The notes under the pieces: generated by a model
Told to the model about the DNA's origin: nothing
The model's database searches: none
Seen by the model: only the letters and a program-made list of their open reading frames with translations
Source of the DNA: an uncultured Thermoplasmata archaeon
GTDB lineage: Archaea; Thermoplasmatota; Thermoplasmata; Lutacidiplasmatales; UBA184
Assembly: GCA_963696985.1 (NCBI GenBank)
Contig: CAVOMG010000001.1
Location: forward strand, 299,024 to 363,023
Length of the DNA: 64,000 nucleotides
Direction of reading: 5' to 3'
Position numbers and translations under genes: made by a program
In this document: in pieces, positions 20,798 to 31,989 of the stretch
Layout: each line of letters begins with the position of its first letter
Numbering within the stretch: the stretch's first letter is position 1

Positions 20798-21568
20798 ATG
20801 ACGTGGAAAGGGAAGGTCGAGGTCGTCGCCGGGGTGGGACCGGGATTGGGTAGCGCCGTCGTCAGTCTCCTCGGGGAGGCCGGAGCTACGGTGGTCGGCA
20901 TCGCCCGGGGGCGACCGGCGCTCGAAAAGCTCGAGGCGATCGGACGCGACCGCGGCTGGAAGTTCCGAGGGATCTCCGCCGACCTCGCCGATCCGGCGGC
21001 GGTGCACGGCGCCGTCGCGGAGGTGGTCCGGGAGTACGGGACCATCGACGGAATGTCGGTCAACGCCGGTCACTGGGTGGAGGGGGAGACGCTGTTGCAC
21101 CTCTCGACCGACGATCAGTGGACGAAGGGGCTCTCCGACAATATCGACCCCGCCTTCTTCCTTACCCGGGCGGCGCTCCCCTCCATGATCGCTCGGGGCT
21201 CGGGGTCCATCGTCTATGTCTCGGCTTCGGAGCGGATCCGCTACACGGGCACAGCCTCCTATTGCGCCGGAAAGGGCGCGATGATCGATCTCGCGCGCAA
21301 GCTCGCGCACGACTACCGCTCGACCGGGATCCGGATCAACGCGGTCCTTCCGGGGACGATGGAGCACGAGATCGACCCCGCATTCGCCCCCAGCCCGAGC
21401 ACGCCGTTCCCGCTCAAGGACCGATCCGGTTCCGGGGCGTGGGAGGTCGCCCGGGCGATCCAGTTCCTCCTCTCCGACGAGGCGCACTGGATCACGGGAG
21501 CGTCGGTGACGGTCGACGGCGGATTCTCTACCCACGGCAAGGAGACGGGCGCGGCGGCCAAGAAGTAA
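20798..21568 (+). CDS. SDR-family oxidoreductase (FabG-like). Appears intact.
   Basis: Gly-rich NAD(P) motif AGVGPGLGSAV, catalytic SASE...YCAGKGA (S-Y-K triad). Confidence 0.8.
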   Translation: MTWKGKVEVVAGVGPGLGSAVVSLLGEAGATVVGIARGRPALEKLEAIGRDRGWKFRGISADLADPAAVHGAVAEVVREYGTIDGMSVNAGHWVEGETLLHLSTDDQWTKGLSDNIDPAFFLTRAALPSMIARGSGSIVYVSASERIRYTGTASYCAGKGAMIDLARKLAHDYRSTGIRINAVLPGTMEHEIDPAFAPSPSTPFPLKDRSGSGAWEVARAIQFLLSDEAHWITGASVTVDGGFSTHGKETGAAAKK

Positions 21569-21579
21569 CGGTCCGACCC

Positions 21580-22514
21580 TCAGACCTCGTTGATCACCTT
21601 CGAGGACCGGACGAACGTCCCACCCCGGAGGTCGGAGATCGCTTCGGCGATCTCCTCGCGCGTGTTCATGACGATCGGGCCGTACCAAGCGACCGGCTCG
21701 TGGAGCGGGCGACCCGCCCCCAACAGGAACCGGACTCCGTGGGGGAGCTGCGGATGCTGACAGCGTCACCATCCCCGTAAAGGATGGTGTGGCCCGGGCC
21801 CGTTGGTTCCTCGTTCGACGGGGGCAGTTTCGAGCGGCCCGGAGGCGGGACGCCCGACCCCACGCTCACCGAAGGGGAAGCGTCGAACCGCGCGCTCCCC
21901 TCGATGGCCTGGGCGAACACCGTGTGACCCTTGGGGACCGCGAGGTCGAACGTGGCGTTGCCCGGGAGCCGGACGTCGAGGTAGAGCGGGTCAACGGGGA
22001 TGTGCCGGACCGGTCCTTCTACCCCGTGGAACGACCCGGCGATCACCCGGACCTCGCGGCCGTCCTCACCTCGGACGATCGGGATCTGCCGGGATTCGAC
22101 GCCCCGGTAGGACGGCGTCTCGAGTTTATGGTCTCTCGGCAGGTTGACCCACAGCTGGAAGCCCGAGAGCGTCCCTTCGGTCCGTTTCGGCATCTCCTGG
22201 TGGAGGATGCCGCTCCCCGCGCTCATCCACTGGACGTCGCCGGAACCGATCACCCCCTTGTTCCCGAGGGAGTCCTCGTGGGCGGTCTCTCCGTTCAACA
22301 TGTAGGTGACGGTCTCGATGCCCCGGTGAGGGTGCCAAGGGAACCCCGCGAGGTAATCGGCCGGGTTGCTCGAGCCGAAGTTGTCGAGGAGGAGGAACGG
22401 GTCGAGCAGGGGGACCTCGGAGTTCCCGAACATCCTCCGGAGCCGGACCCCGGCCCCCTCGAGCGTCTCGTTCCCATCGAAGCGCTGGCGTACAGATCGG
22501 ATCTTGGTCGACAT
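21580..22514 (-). CDS. Pirin-family protein (bicupin). C-terminal frameshift at a C5 run near 21745.
   Basis: The pirin motif HPHRGIETVTYMLNGE...HEDS and the second cupin domain. The C-terminus ...RFLLGAGRPLHEPVAWYGPIVMNTREEIAEAISDL... is in the adjacent frame. Confidence 0.8.
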
Positions 22515-22596
22515 GGTCCGCTGGGCCGCAAGGGGCCCGCGACGTATAACTGGGGACGCTTTCCTTCGGGCAACCGAGCGCGACCGAGCGGAACCG

Positions 22597-24640
22597 TTAC
22601 CCGGTCGCCTTCGAAGGTCGGGCGTTCAACCATCGCTCGAACGCCTCGAAATTGAACGGCCGGCCCAAGAAGCGCTTGACGAGCTCGGCCGCCGGTCGCT
22701 CGCTCGCGGGGGCGAGGATCTCCCGGGCGTACCGACGAGCCAACTCAGGATCGGCGAGGGTCCCCTTCTCCTCGAACGGCCGAAGAAGGTCGCGGGCGAT
22801 CACCAGCGACCAGACGTAGGTGTAGTAGAACGCCGAGTAACCGGTGAGATGGCCCCAGCCGGCCTCGGTGTGATAGTCGGGGTCGAGGGGGATCGGCGCG
22901 TGCCGATCGTACGATTCGCGCATCACCTTCGCGGAGTCCCGGCCGGCCGGATCGTGGGAGTAGAGCTGGAGGGACGCCTCCGAGAGCGCGACCTGGCGGG
23001 CCCACCGAGAGGCTCGTCCGAACGACTCGGACGCCTTCAGCAGCTCGAGGATCTCGGTCGGGATCGGCGCCCCCGTGTCCGGATCCCGGGCGAACCGCCG
23101 AAGGGTTGGGGGGTCCCGGGCCCACTCCTCGAAGAGCTGCGAGGGAGCCTCGACGAAGTCCCATTCGATGAGCGACGGGGAGTCGAAGAGCCAGGGTGCC
23201 CGGCCCGAGAGCATCGCATGGAGGAGGTGGCCGAACTCGTGGAAGAACGTCACCACGTCCCCATACTCCATGCGGGCCAGGGTGGGGTCTTCTCGAGGGT
23301 CGAGGAAGTTGCAGACGAGGGCGCTCTGGGGGAGTTGGCGATCGAGGATCCCCTCCCGGACCCCGAAGCAGGCCGCGTGGCTGTACTTCCCGTCCCGGGG
23401 CACCATATCGAGGTAGAACCGGCCGATCCGCCTGCCGTCGAGCGCGATGTCGTACGATTCGGCGGTCGGGTGCCAAAGCCGTTCCCCTACGACCCGCCGG
23501 AAGGTGAGGCCGAAGAGCTCCCCGCACAAGGCGAAGAGGCCGTCGCGGACCGGCCCGTAGGGGAGGTAGCGCCGCAGAGCCTTCGTGTCGACGCCGTACT
23601 CCTCGGAGCGGATCTTCGTCGAGTAGAACCCGTCGGCGAAGAGCCCGATGTCCCAGTTCTCGACGCGCGAAGCGGACGGATCGTCGCGGCGCTTGCGGGC
23701 GAGCAGACGATCGAGGTCGGCGAACGCCGCGCCTCTCGTGAGCTCGCCCACACGTCCGAGGAACTCTTCGGCCGCGGCGGGCGTGAGCATCATCTTGTCC
23801 TCGAGGGCGAAGCTCGCGTAGTTCGGGTATCCGAGCGACGTCGCGAACTCATGTCGGAGCGCGAGGAGGCGGTCGAGTACCCGGGGCGTTCTCCGGGTAG
23901 GCCTTGTTGGCGAACTCGGCGAGGAGGGCCTTGCGCATAGGCGCGGCCTCCGCGTAGGCCATGACCGGCCGGAAATCCGGATAGTCGGTCGTGATCCGGA
24001 CCTTTCCCCTGGCATCGGCCGGGTGGGCCCGAACGTAGTCTTCCGGCAGGCCGGCGAGCGTCGCCGCGCCGTCGACCTCGATCGACCTACGCCCGTTCGC
24101 GATATTCTCCATGTATTGGTTCGAGACCCGGTCGATCTCGTTGGTGAGTTCGAGCAGCCGCTTCCGGCGGTCGGCGTCCTGTTCGACGCCGGCCCGCCGC
24201 ATCTCGCGGAGCATCTTTGAGACCGCGAACCGGGTGGGCTCGTCGGCGGACGTGAGATCGAGGCGCTCGAGCGATCGGTAGATCGCCGAGTTGAGACGGA
24301 AGGAGTTGAAGAACCGGTCCGCAGCCTCGGAGACCTCCCGCCCCGCGGCCCGGGTGGTCTCCTCAGGATGGACCGCGAACAGGAAGCTGCCGTGGGCGCT
24401 CAGGTCGCGGACCTCGGTGAGGAGGCGATCGAGCGGCCGAAGGAACGACTCGATCGACGGCGGATCGGCCGTCCGCTCGAGCCCGATCAACGCCTCCGCG
24501 GTCCGGGCGAGCCGCGCCTCGGCCCGCTGTCGAAGCTCGACCGGCGCGAGGTCGAACGTCAGTTCGTCGAGCGTCGGTTCGAGGGGAACGGTCGGGTCCG
24601 TCACAGAACGCACTCGCAGGAACGGGAACCGGCCGGGCAA
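22597..24640 (-). CDS. M3-family zinc oligoendopeptidase (thimet oligopeptidase / PepF-like), frameshifted near 23885.
   Basis: HEFGHLLH zinc-binding motif with the M3 catalytic domain (ORF 22597..24015). The N-terminal domain is in ORF 23849..24640. Confidence 0.8.
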
Positions 24641-24765
24641 ATAGGTTAGGGGGGCCCTGGTGGGCCGGCCTCAGCCCGGTGGTCGATGGCTCGGGAATCG
24701 GCGAGGCGCGCGGATCTTCCCGCGGCGACGGGAGACTTCAAGGGGAGGGGGACGGTGCCACGGAC

Positions 24766-25710
24766 ATGCGCGCACTCGCGATCCGGGCCTTCAAGGCCGC
24801 CCCCGAAGTGATGGACCTCCCGAAACCGACGCCGGGCCCCGGGGAGATCCTCATCCACCTCGGCGCGGCGAGCGTGAACCCGATCGATTGGAAGCTCGCC
24901 GACGGCGTGAGCGGAGGCGACGCTCCCCACGTCTTCCCGTTTATCTACGGGGTGGACGGGGCCGGGGTCGTCGAGGCCGTCGGGTCGGGCGTCTCCCGGT
25001 TCAAGGTCGGCGACGGGGTCTTCGGCCAGCTCCTCCATCCACCCCTGGGCGTCGGGACGTACGCCGAGTTCATCACGATCCCCGAGACCCATCCCATCGC
25101 CCCGATCCCCCGGGGGATCTACACCGCCCAGGCCGCGGCGGTCCCGACGGCCGGGATGACGGCCTTGACCGCCATCGATGCGCTCGGCCTTCGCAAGGGC
25201 CAGACCCTCCTGATCCGCGGCGCGAAGGGCGGCGTCGGGTCGTTCGCGACCCAGATCGCCTCGAATCTCGGGATCCTCGTCGTGGCCACGAGCCGCGGGG
25301 ACCATGGCGCGTACATCCGCAAACTCGGCGCCTATGAGTATTTCGACCACGATCGGATCGGCTGGACTCGAGACTACCGCGGCGCCCACCCCAGCGGCGT
25401 CGACGCCGCCCTCGAGCTTGTCGCGTCCGAGCACACGCCCGATCCAACGGTGGGACTCGTACGGGACGCAGGGGTGGTCGCCTCTACCATGCTGCGCTCG
25501 AGCGGAGCGGTGGCGCTGGAACGGGGGATCCGCTCGTTGGCCGTCAACCTCGCGCCATCGACCGATCTCCTCGACCGGCTCTCCAAGGAGATCTCCTCCG
25601 GACGCCTTCGCATCCCGCTGGAGGCCCAGGTCCCGCTCGCGGAGGCGCCCCAGGCGGTCGATCTCAACCGGCAAGGCCTCGGGCGTGGCAAGACGGCCAT
25701 CCTCATTTGA
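24766..25710 (+). CDS. Quinone oxidoreductase / zinc-type alcohol dehydrogenase-like MDR-family protein.
   Basis: MRALAI...GEILI...ASVNPIDWK and the GAKGGVGSFATQIA nucleotide-binding motif. Confidence 0.75.
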   Translation: MRALAIRAFKAAPEVMDLPKPTPGPGEILIHLGAASVNPIDWKLADGVSGGDAPHVFPFIYGVDGAGVVEAVGSGVSRFKVGDGVFGQLLHPPLGVGTYAEFITIPETHPIAPIPRGIYTAQAAAVPTAGMTALTAIDALGLRKGQTLLIRGAKGGVGSFATQIASNLGILVVATSRGDHGAYIRKLGAYEYFDHDRIGWTRDYRGAHPSGVDAALELVASEHTPDPTVGLVRDAGVVASTMLRSSGAVALERGIRSLAVNLAPSTDLLDRLSKEISSGRLRIPLEAQVPLAEAPQAVDLNRQGLGRGKTAILI

Positions 25711-25858
25711 GTCGACGGAGATCGTTCGGGCCAACGCCCTTCGGTCGGGAGGCTTCGAAGAGTTGATGGCGGGCGGCGAGGTCCCGGCGGCTGCCCCGAT
25801 GGTCCGATCCTCTTCCCAGCGGCGACCGAGGAAGCCGGCGCGCGCCGGAGTCGATCGC

Positions 25859-26470
25859 ATGCGACCCGGAGGAGCGTCGTCGACCGACGCCGCCCGTTAC
25901 ATCGCGATCGAGGGAATCGACGGAGCCGGCAAGACCGGCCTCGTCGAACTTCTGGTGCCGTCGCTGATCTCGCGGGGACATGCGGTCTCGCGACTGCGCG
26001 AACCTACCGACGCCTTCCTTCGGGCCCAGGGCGCCCGGATGCTTTCGAACGACCCGATCGGGGCCGCGCTCTGCTTCACCGTCGACCGAGCGATGCTCCG
26101 CCCCGAGGTCGACCGATGCCTCGATCGCGGGGAGGTCATCGTTCAGGACCGATCGTTCTACTCGACGCTCGCTTACCAAGGGGCGAAGCTCGACCGCGCG
26201 ACGTCCCAAGAGATCGAGCGGATCGAGCGTTCCGTCGCCCGCGAACCGGACGTCGTCCTCTACCTCGATCTTCCGGTCGACGTGGCGATGGGCCGGGTCG
26301 CCCACCGGGGCCACGCCGATGTCTTCGAGGACGCCGCGTACCTCGAGGAGGTCCGCCGCAGGTTCGAGCGATTGTTCCAACCGCCTCGCTGGGTCCGCCT
26401 CGACGCCCGGGCGACGCCGACCGTGATCCGGGACGAGGCGATGCGGGAACTCACCCGACGCGGTCTATAG
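25859..26470 (+). CDS. tmk: Thymidylate kinase.
   Basis: P-loop YIAIEGIDGAGKTG and DRSFYSTLAYQGA motifs. Confidence 0.85.
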   Translation: MRPGGASSTDAARYIAIEGIDGAGKTGLVELLVPSLISRGHAVSRLREPTDAFLRAQGARMLSNDPIGAALCFTVDRAMLRPEVDRCLDRGEVIVQDRSFYSTLAYQGAKLDRATSQEIERIERSVAREPDVVLYLDLPVDVAMGRVAHRGHADVFEDAAYLEEVRRRFERLFQPPRWVRLDARATPTVIRDEAMRELTRRGL

Positions 26471-26497
26471 ACATCGGGCCCCGGACCGGCGTCGGCC

Positions 26498-27004
26498 CTA
26501 GCCGGGGGCGGAAGGTCCTTCCGAAGGCTCCGGCAACCGCCGTCCCATCAGGACCTCCCCCCGCACGATGCGCATCCGACTGCGAAGTCCCCACGCCCCC
26601 AGACCGCCTTCCTGGTAGCCCTTCTCGTCGCGGTCGACCACTCGGAAGCTTCGGGACCGGAAGAGCGACTCCGAGGCCCGGTTCCCCTCGGTGACGACCG
26701 CGTAGACGATGCGGGCGCCATGCAGAGCGAGCCACGCCAGGGCATCGTCGAGCAGTTTCGCCCCGATCTTCCGCCTCCGAAAGTCAGACCGTACCGCGAC
26801 GTAGTAGACGTAGCCCACTTCAGGGGTGAGCCTTTCGAGCATCGCGACGCCGAGCACCTCGCCGGGACGCTCCCATGCCCGGACCCACGTCGCCTCCCGG
26901 AGCGTTCGCTTCGCGTGCCAACGATAGATCCCCGTGAACGCATCGATCAACACCGGGACCGCCCGATCGCGTTCCGGGCCTTCGAGCGAGACGATCCCCT
27001 CCAA
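26498..27004 (-). CDS. GNAT-family N-acetyltransferase.
   Basis: Acetyl-CoA-binding motif VAVRSDFRRRKIGAKLLDDAL. TTG start. Confidence 0.7.
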   Translation of the reverse strand: MEGIVSLEGPERDRAVPVLIDAFTGIYRWHAKRTLREATWVRAWERPGEVLGVAMLERLTPEVGYVYYVAVRSDFRRRKIGAKLLDDALAWLALHGARIVYAVVTEGNRASESLFRSRSFRVVDRDEKGYQEGGLGAWGLRSRMRIVRGEVLMGRRLPEPSEGPSAPG

Positions 27005-27141
27005 TAGCCCGCTCCCCGCGCGCCTTGCACAGCGCCGCCGCGAAAGGCCCTATCGGGTCCGGCCCCGCGAAGCCATGGGGTCTACCTTCTCCGCCCAGGA
27101 TGCTCGCACCGCAAGACGGCCCTCGGGTACGAATCGGCCGG

Positions 27142-28500
27142 CTACGATGACGATTCCGAGGCCGTGGAGGGCGTCGCTCCGAGCACTGGTGGCGCCGCCG
27201 AAGGGGCCATCGAGGACTCCGGGGCTGCGGAGGCGGCGGTCGAGGGTGCCGGCGCGGCCGTGATCCCCCCGAGGAGTCGGGCCAGGATCGACATGGTCGC
27301 GAATGATATGACGAAGATCACGACGAGAACGGCGGCGATGCCGAGCGCCTCGACCCCGAGCTGATGGACCGCCGCCCACCCGCCCCCAAAGAGGAGGCCG
27401 TTCGGAAGTGCCGTCGCCCCGGAACCGACCGCGAACGCCGTTTCCGCGAAGAAAGGGATCATCAGCACCCCGAAGACCCCTCCGACGAGGTGGCCCGGGA
27501 AGAGACCGACCGGATCGGAGTACCACTTGACCTTGGCGAGCGCCTTCTCCGCACCAAGGAACAGCGGACCCCCGAGGAGGCCGAGGATGATCGCGCTCCC
27601 AGGGCTCACGTAGCCGGCGATCGGGGTGATCACGATGAGCCCCATCAGGATCCCGTTCGCTCCCCACAGCATGTCCGGCCGGGTCCCATCGACCAAATAG
27701 CAGGTGGCGAGCAGGGAGCAGAAGGCCGAAGCCGCCGCGAGGAACGTCGTGAGCATGACGACGATCGCCTCGTCGTTGAACTGGAGGACGCTTCCCGGAT
27801 TGAAGCCGAACCATCCGATCCACAGGAGCAGGACCGCGAGGGTGAGCCAGCTCGGCTGCAGACGGAACGGGACCTGGGGGCTCTCCTTCAGACCCCGGGC
27901 CCGTTCCTCCCGCCAGACCTGGACGACGATTCCGAGCCCGGCCGCTCCGGCGGCGCCGTGGACCACGAGACCTCCCGCGAAATCGACCATGCCGAGCTTT
28001 GCGAGCCAACCCGAGGGGTTCCAGATCCAGGCGGCCGGGAGGTCCCAGATGAGCAGGAAGTAGACCACCGAGTAAAGGCCGATCGCGGTCAGCTTGACCT
28101 TGCGGAGGAAGATGACGCCAACGAGCGCGAGCGTCACCGCGGCGAAGGCGGTCTCGAAGAGGAAGTAGGTCCCCGTCGTGAGTCCCTGTGCCTGGACCGA
28201 CCACCAGACGTCCGACGCCGGCAGGACCGACGAGGAGGAGAAGCCGCCCAAGAAGAATCCGGGGCCGTAGAATGGGTTGCCGATCAGCCCGTTCCACGTC
28301 GGCGCGAAAGCGATGTTGAATCCGGCCGCCGCCATCAGCACGAGGGCGGCCCCCGTCATGAACGACGTCTTGAGGAGGCTGAAGTTGAACGCCTCGCCAA
28401 GCTCACCGATCTCAAGGAGCCCGACCGCGATCGTCATCGTGAAGACGAGGAGCCCCGCGAGCAGGACCCACAGGTTGTTCACGAGCGGGTCGGGGATCAC
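27142..28500 (-). CDS. amt: Ammonium transporter (Amt/MEP family).
   Basis: About 11 TM helices and Amt signature regions (DFAGGLVVHGAAGAAGL, GWFGFNPGS). Confidence 0.9.
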   Translation of the reverse strand: MIPDPLVNNLWVLLAGLLVFTMTIAVGLLEIGELGEAFNFSLLKTSFMTGAALVLMAAAGFNIAFAPTWNGLIGNPFYGPGFFLGGFSSSSVLPASDVWWSVQAQGLTTGTYFLFETAFAAVTLALVGVIFLRKVKLTAIGLYSVVYFLLIWDLPAAWIWNPSGWLAKLGMVDFAGGLVVHGAAGAAGLGIVVQVWREERARGLKESPQVPFRLQPSWLTLAVLLLWIGWFGFNPGSVLQFNDEAIVVMLTTFLAAASAFCSLLATCYLVDGTRPDMLWGANGILMGLIVITPIAGYVSPGSAIILGLLGGPLFLGAEKALAKVKWYSDPVGLFPGHLVGGVFGVLMIPFFAETAFAVGSGATALPNGLLFGGGWAAVHQLGVEALGIAAVLVVIFVISFATMSILARLLGGITAAPAPSTAASAAPESSMAPSAAPPVLGATPSTASESSS

Positions 28501-28746
28501 GGGAACGTCCTTCGAGGGGTTCGTGCCGTCAACGGTCGGCCGCGCCTCGGCGGCAGAATCGCATTTCTCGGGGAGGGCTATTTAGGCGTTCGTCTGGACC
28601 GGTCCCGCCCGCGCGCCTCGGATACCGAGGGTCTCGAGGTAGGGATCCCGGGGGATTGCTCGACCTCAGGGACCCTAGGCCTCGGCTGGGTCGCCCTGAT
28701 GACGGCGCAGGGCTCTAGCACGCTAACGGGTGTGATGGAGCCGCTG

Positions 28747-28755
28747 AATTTAAAC
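28747..28755 (+). promoter_or_regulatory. TATA-like box (aatttaaac) about 37 nt upstream of the gltD-like start, in the amt-gltD divergent intergenic region.
   Basis: A/T-rich octamer in an otherwise GC-rich spacer. The position fits an archaeal TATA/BRE promoter. Confidence 0.4.
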
Positions 28756-28790
28756 TCCAGACCGCGTGTTTGTCGGTGGAGATCGGACCG

Positions 28791-30237
28791 ATGGGCGCGG
28801 CGATGAGCTACTCAGAGGCGCGCTACGACCGCGTCGAGGTTCCGGAAGAGCCGCCGGAGCAGCGGATCCACAGCTTCGACGAGGTCCTGCACTCCTACAC
28901 GAAAGAGGAGGCGATCATGGAGGCGAGCCGCTGCCTCCAGTGCGCGCTCCCGTTCTGTGTCGAGGCCTGCCCGATCACCCAGGATTGCCCGGGGTACATC
29001 GGCCTCGTCGCCGGGGGCGAGTTCGATGCGGCGGCCCGTCTGACCCTCCGGGAGAACCCTCTCGCCACGACCCTCTGCAAGGTCTGCTACCACTACTGCG
29101 AGGACGCCTGCATCATGCGCCACCGCGGCGTCCCGATCGCCATCCGACACCTCAAGCGGGCGGCGATGGAATTCGGGAACGACCAATTAGTCTACGTCCC
29201 CAACGCACCCCGGCACCAACGGGTCGCGATCATCGGAGCGGGCCCCGCCGGCCTCATGGCCGCGTGGGAACTTGGCCTCCGAGGGTACTCGGTCACCGTG
29301 TTCGAGAAGCTCCAGGTCATCGGAGGTCAGGCCGAGGCGATCCCCCACTACCGGATGCCCGGAAGCGAGCTCCTTCAGGACCTCGAGCGGTTCCGCAACC
29401 TCGACATCGCCTTCGTGGCGGGGACGCGGGGCGGCGTTGACGTCACCCCGGAAGGACTCCTCGCGGACGGATACCGGGCAGTCTACATCGCCGTGGGCGC
29501 CTCGAAGGCGGGGTCGCCGGGGGTCCCGGGCGAACAGCTTCCGGGAATCATCTACGCGCTCGATTTCCTCCTCGACGTCAACGAGAACAAGATCGCCCCC
29601 CTCGGCAAGAACATCGTGGTGATCGGCGGCGGCGACGTCGCGGTCGATTCGGTACGCTCCGCCCTCCGGCTCTCGCCGGGCGCCCAGGTCTCGCTCGTCT
29701 ACCGAAGAACGCGCGAGGAGGCTCCCGCCGGCGAGGAGGAGATCCGCGAGACCGAGCCCGAGGGGGTCCGGATGTCACTGGCTGCTCGGGCCCCTCCGCG
29801 TCCTCGGGAAGGAGCATGTGGAGGGGGTCGAGTTCCAACGAATGGAGCTTGGACCGTCCGACGCATCCGGTCGCCGGGCCGTGCGGCCCATCGAGGGCTC
29901 GACCCAGGTGATCGAGTGCGACACGGTCATCATGGCGATCGGCCAGAACGCCGACCTCACCGGCTTCTCGGCGGACCTCAAGCTCAAGATCGGCTCGAAG
30001 GGATGGCCCGAAGGGATCCACCCCGACACGATGACCGCCGTCGAGGGGGTCTTTGCCTCCGGGGGGCGCTCGGTGGTCCATGCAATGGCCGCGGGGACAC
30101 GGGCGGCGGAATCGATCGACGCCTACCTTGCCCACAAGGAAGGGCGGGCACCTATCCCGCGCCCCGACCCGTTCGGTGAGGGCCCCGCCCCGCCGAAGGT
30201 CCCCGAGGGTTACTCCACCCCGGTCTGGAAGCCGTAG
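28791..30237 (+). CDS. gltD: Glutamate synthase small-subunit (GltD)-like NAD(P)H-dependent FeS/FAD oxidoreductase, frameshifted near 29775.
   Basis: N-terminal Cys cluster (CLQCALPFCVEACP), FAD/NAD motifs VAIIGAGPAGL and VVIGGGDVAVD. The C-terminal part (VFASGG...AAESIDAYL) is in ORF 29818..30237. Confidence 0.75.
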
Positions 30238-30247
30238 CCTCGGGCGG

Positions 30248-30877
30248 CTACGAGCCGAAGTACCGGTCGAGCACCGCCCGCAATTCCTGGGGTCGCTCCA
30301 GCCGGACGCCTCGGAGTCCCCATTCGACGGCCCCGGCCACGTCCTCCGCGACGGAATCGAGGTAGAGGATGGCCGAAGGAGGAACTCTCGCCCGGTCGAT
30401 CGCCTCGATGTAGATCTGCTCGTTCGGTTTGGCCATCTCCTCCCGGTAGGAGAGGATCGTGTCATCGAACAGGTCGGCGAGCCCGGCCTTCCGATCGATC
30501 GCCTCGTACATCGGCCCCGGCAGGTTCGAGACCGCGAGGATGCGAACTCCGGTATCCGACCGGAGCGCCCGAAGGCGTTCGACATTATCCGGTACCGGGA
30601 CGACCGCGCTATCGAGCACGATCTCGGTGAAACGTTCGAGAGTGAGGTTGAGCTCGGTGGCGAGCGCGATCTCCCGGAAGAACGACTCCCAGTCCTCGCC
30701 CGACCGTTCGAACGCCGGCAAGCGGTCGTCGAGGGCGGCCTTGAGGCTTCGGGCGTTGACGCCGCTCTCGTCGGCGAGGAGCTGCGCGGCCCTCGACCAG
30801 ACCTCTTCGACGAGGACCCCATTGATCTCGGTCAGGATCGCCTTGGGCGGGACCGTTGCGGCACCGGAGGAGCTCAT
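30248..30877 (-). CDS. HAD-superfamily hydrolase.
   Basis: HAD fold motifs (ILTEINGVLV..., SNLPGP..., YLDSVAEDVAGA). Confidence 0.65.
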   Translation of the reverse strand: MSSSGAATVPPKAILTEINGVLVEEVWSRAAQLLADESGVNARSLKAALDDRLPAFERSGEDWESFFREIALATELNLTLERFTEIVLDSAVVPVPDNVERLRALRSDTGVRILAVSNLPGPMYEAIDRKAGLADLFDDTILSYREEMAKPNEQIYIEAIDRARVPPSAILYLDSVAEDVAGAVEWGLRGVRLERPQELRAVLDRYFGS

Positions 30878-31036
30878 CGGCCGGGTACTCGCTCCGGCCC
30901 TTAAAGCCGAGGACGGGCCCACTCCGCTGGACTAAGGGATCGAGGGAGCGGACACCGAAACCGGCCGGGGGCCGCCTTCCGGCCACCCTCCGGACGCCCA
31001 GAAACGCTTTAGGCCTCCGGAGATGGGCGGAACCCG

Positions 31037-31324
31037 ATGGCCACGATTGCGAGCCTCCGCGCGAACTCGAGTGCGACGATTGACGGGACGATCACGGCGA
31101 TCTCCGCGGTTCGCGAGGTCAACACGGTCCGGGGACCCTCCCGGGTCGCCGACGCGACGATCCAGGACGAGAGCGGCACGATCGTACTGACGCTTTGGGG
31201 TGACGACACCAAGCGCTACACCATCGGCCAGAAGATTCGGATCACGGACGGCTGGGTGAAGGATTTCCGGGGGAAGCTCCAGATCTCCCCGGGCCGGTCC
31301 GGTCGGATCGAGATCCAACCGTAA
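31037..31324 (+). CDS. OB-fold nucleic-acid-binding protein (RPA/SSB-like single OB domain).
   Basis: ~95 aa with the pattern VADATIQDESGTIVLTLWGD...GQKIRITDGWVKDFRGKLQIS typical of archaeal OB-fold proteins. Confidence 0.6.
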   Translation: MATIASLRANSSATIDGTITAISAVREVNTVRGPSRVADATIQDESGTIVLTLWGDDTKRYTIGQKIRITDGWVKDFRGKLQISPGRSGRIEIQP

Positions 31325-31398
31325 GCGGCACCCTTTCCGGGCCGATCCCATTGGTCTCGTAGAGGCCGGGCCGGGCGGCCCGCGGGTCGTTGGATCGC

Positions 31399-31932
31399 CT
31401 ACTTGGGTGGGTCGCCTTTCGTCCATGGCTTCGGTGGGGGCACCGACCGGGGCCGCGAGCGCCTTACCGCGCCGAGAAGGGCGACGATGAGCCCGATGAC
31501 CACCACGCCGAGCCCATCGAACCCGCCGCCGAGCGGCTGCGCGACGGAGACCGAGATCGTCGTGGATTGGGTGATCCCCGAGGGGATGATCGCGTAGTAG
31601 TTCCCCTTCACCCCGCTCCAGCTCAACGATCCCGACGGACCATGGCCCGAAGCCACCGGAGTGGGCGAGGTGAAGTTCGAACACGAGGAGTCCGACCCGC
31701 AGTTGTAGACATTGACCTCGACCGCGGCCCCCGAGCTCGAGGTCCAGCTCGTGGTGTACTTCACGCTCGGGGTCAGGAGGGCGAGCGTCGGGTTGTCGTG
31801 GACGATGTCACCGGAGAGCGCCGGAACGCTGCTCGAGCCGACCGACATCGAGATCGGATAGTACCACAGCACGAACCCTGCGATCAGGATCACGATTCCG
31901 ACGGCGACCCACGAGCCTCGCATCGTCCTCAC
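31399..31932 (-). CDS. Membrane-anchored Ser/Thr-rich hypothetical protein (N- and C-terminal TM).
   Basis: TM helices at both ends and an S/T-rich middle. Immediately downstream of polX. Confidence 0.45.
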   Translation of the reverse strand: MRTMRGSWVAVGIVILIAGFVLWYYPISMSVGSSSVPALSGDIVHDNPTLALLTPSVKYTTSWTSSSGAAVEVNVYNCGSDSSCSNFTSPTPVASGHGPSGSLSWSGVKGNYYAIIPSGITQSTTISVSVAQPLGGGFDGLGVVVIGLIVALLGAVRRSRPRSVPPPKPWTKGDPPK

Positions 31933-31989
31933 GAACGCGAGCCTATCGAGCTATTTAATCGCCCGAGCGGAACTCGGGCCGGTCTCAGG

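Noticed and set aside
22366-23940. 524-aa plus-strand ORF overlapping the M3 peptidase.
   Set aside because: Antisense to a conserved HEFGH peptidase. Composition is E/R/G/P-rich with no recognisable domain.
27364-28806. 480-aa plus-strand ORF across the amt gene.
   Set aside because: Antisense of a canonical 11-TM Amt transporter. Highly charged low-complexity sequence.
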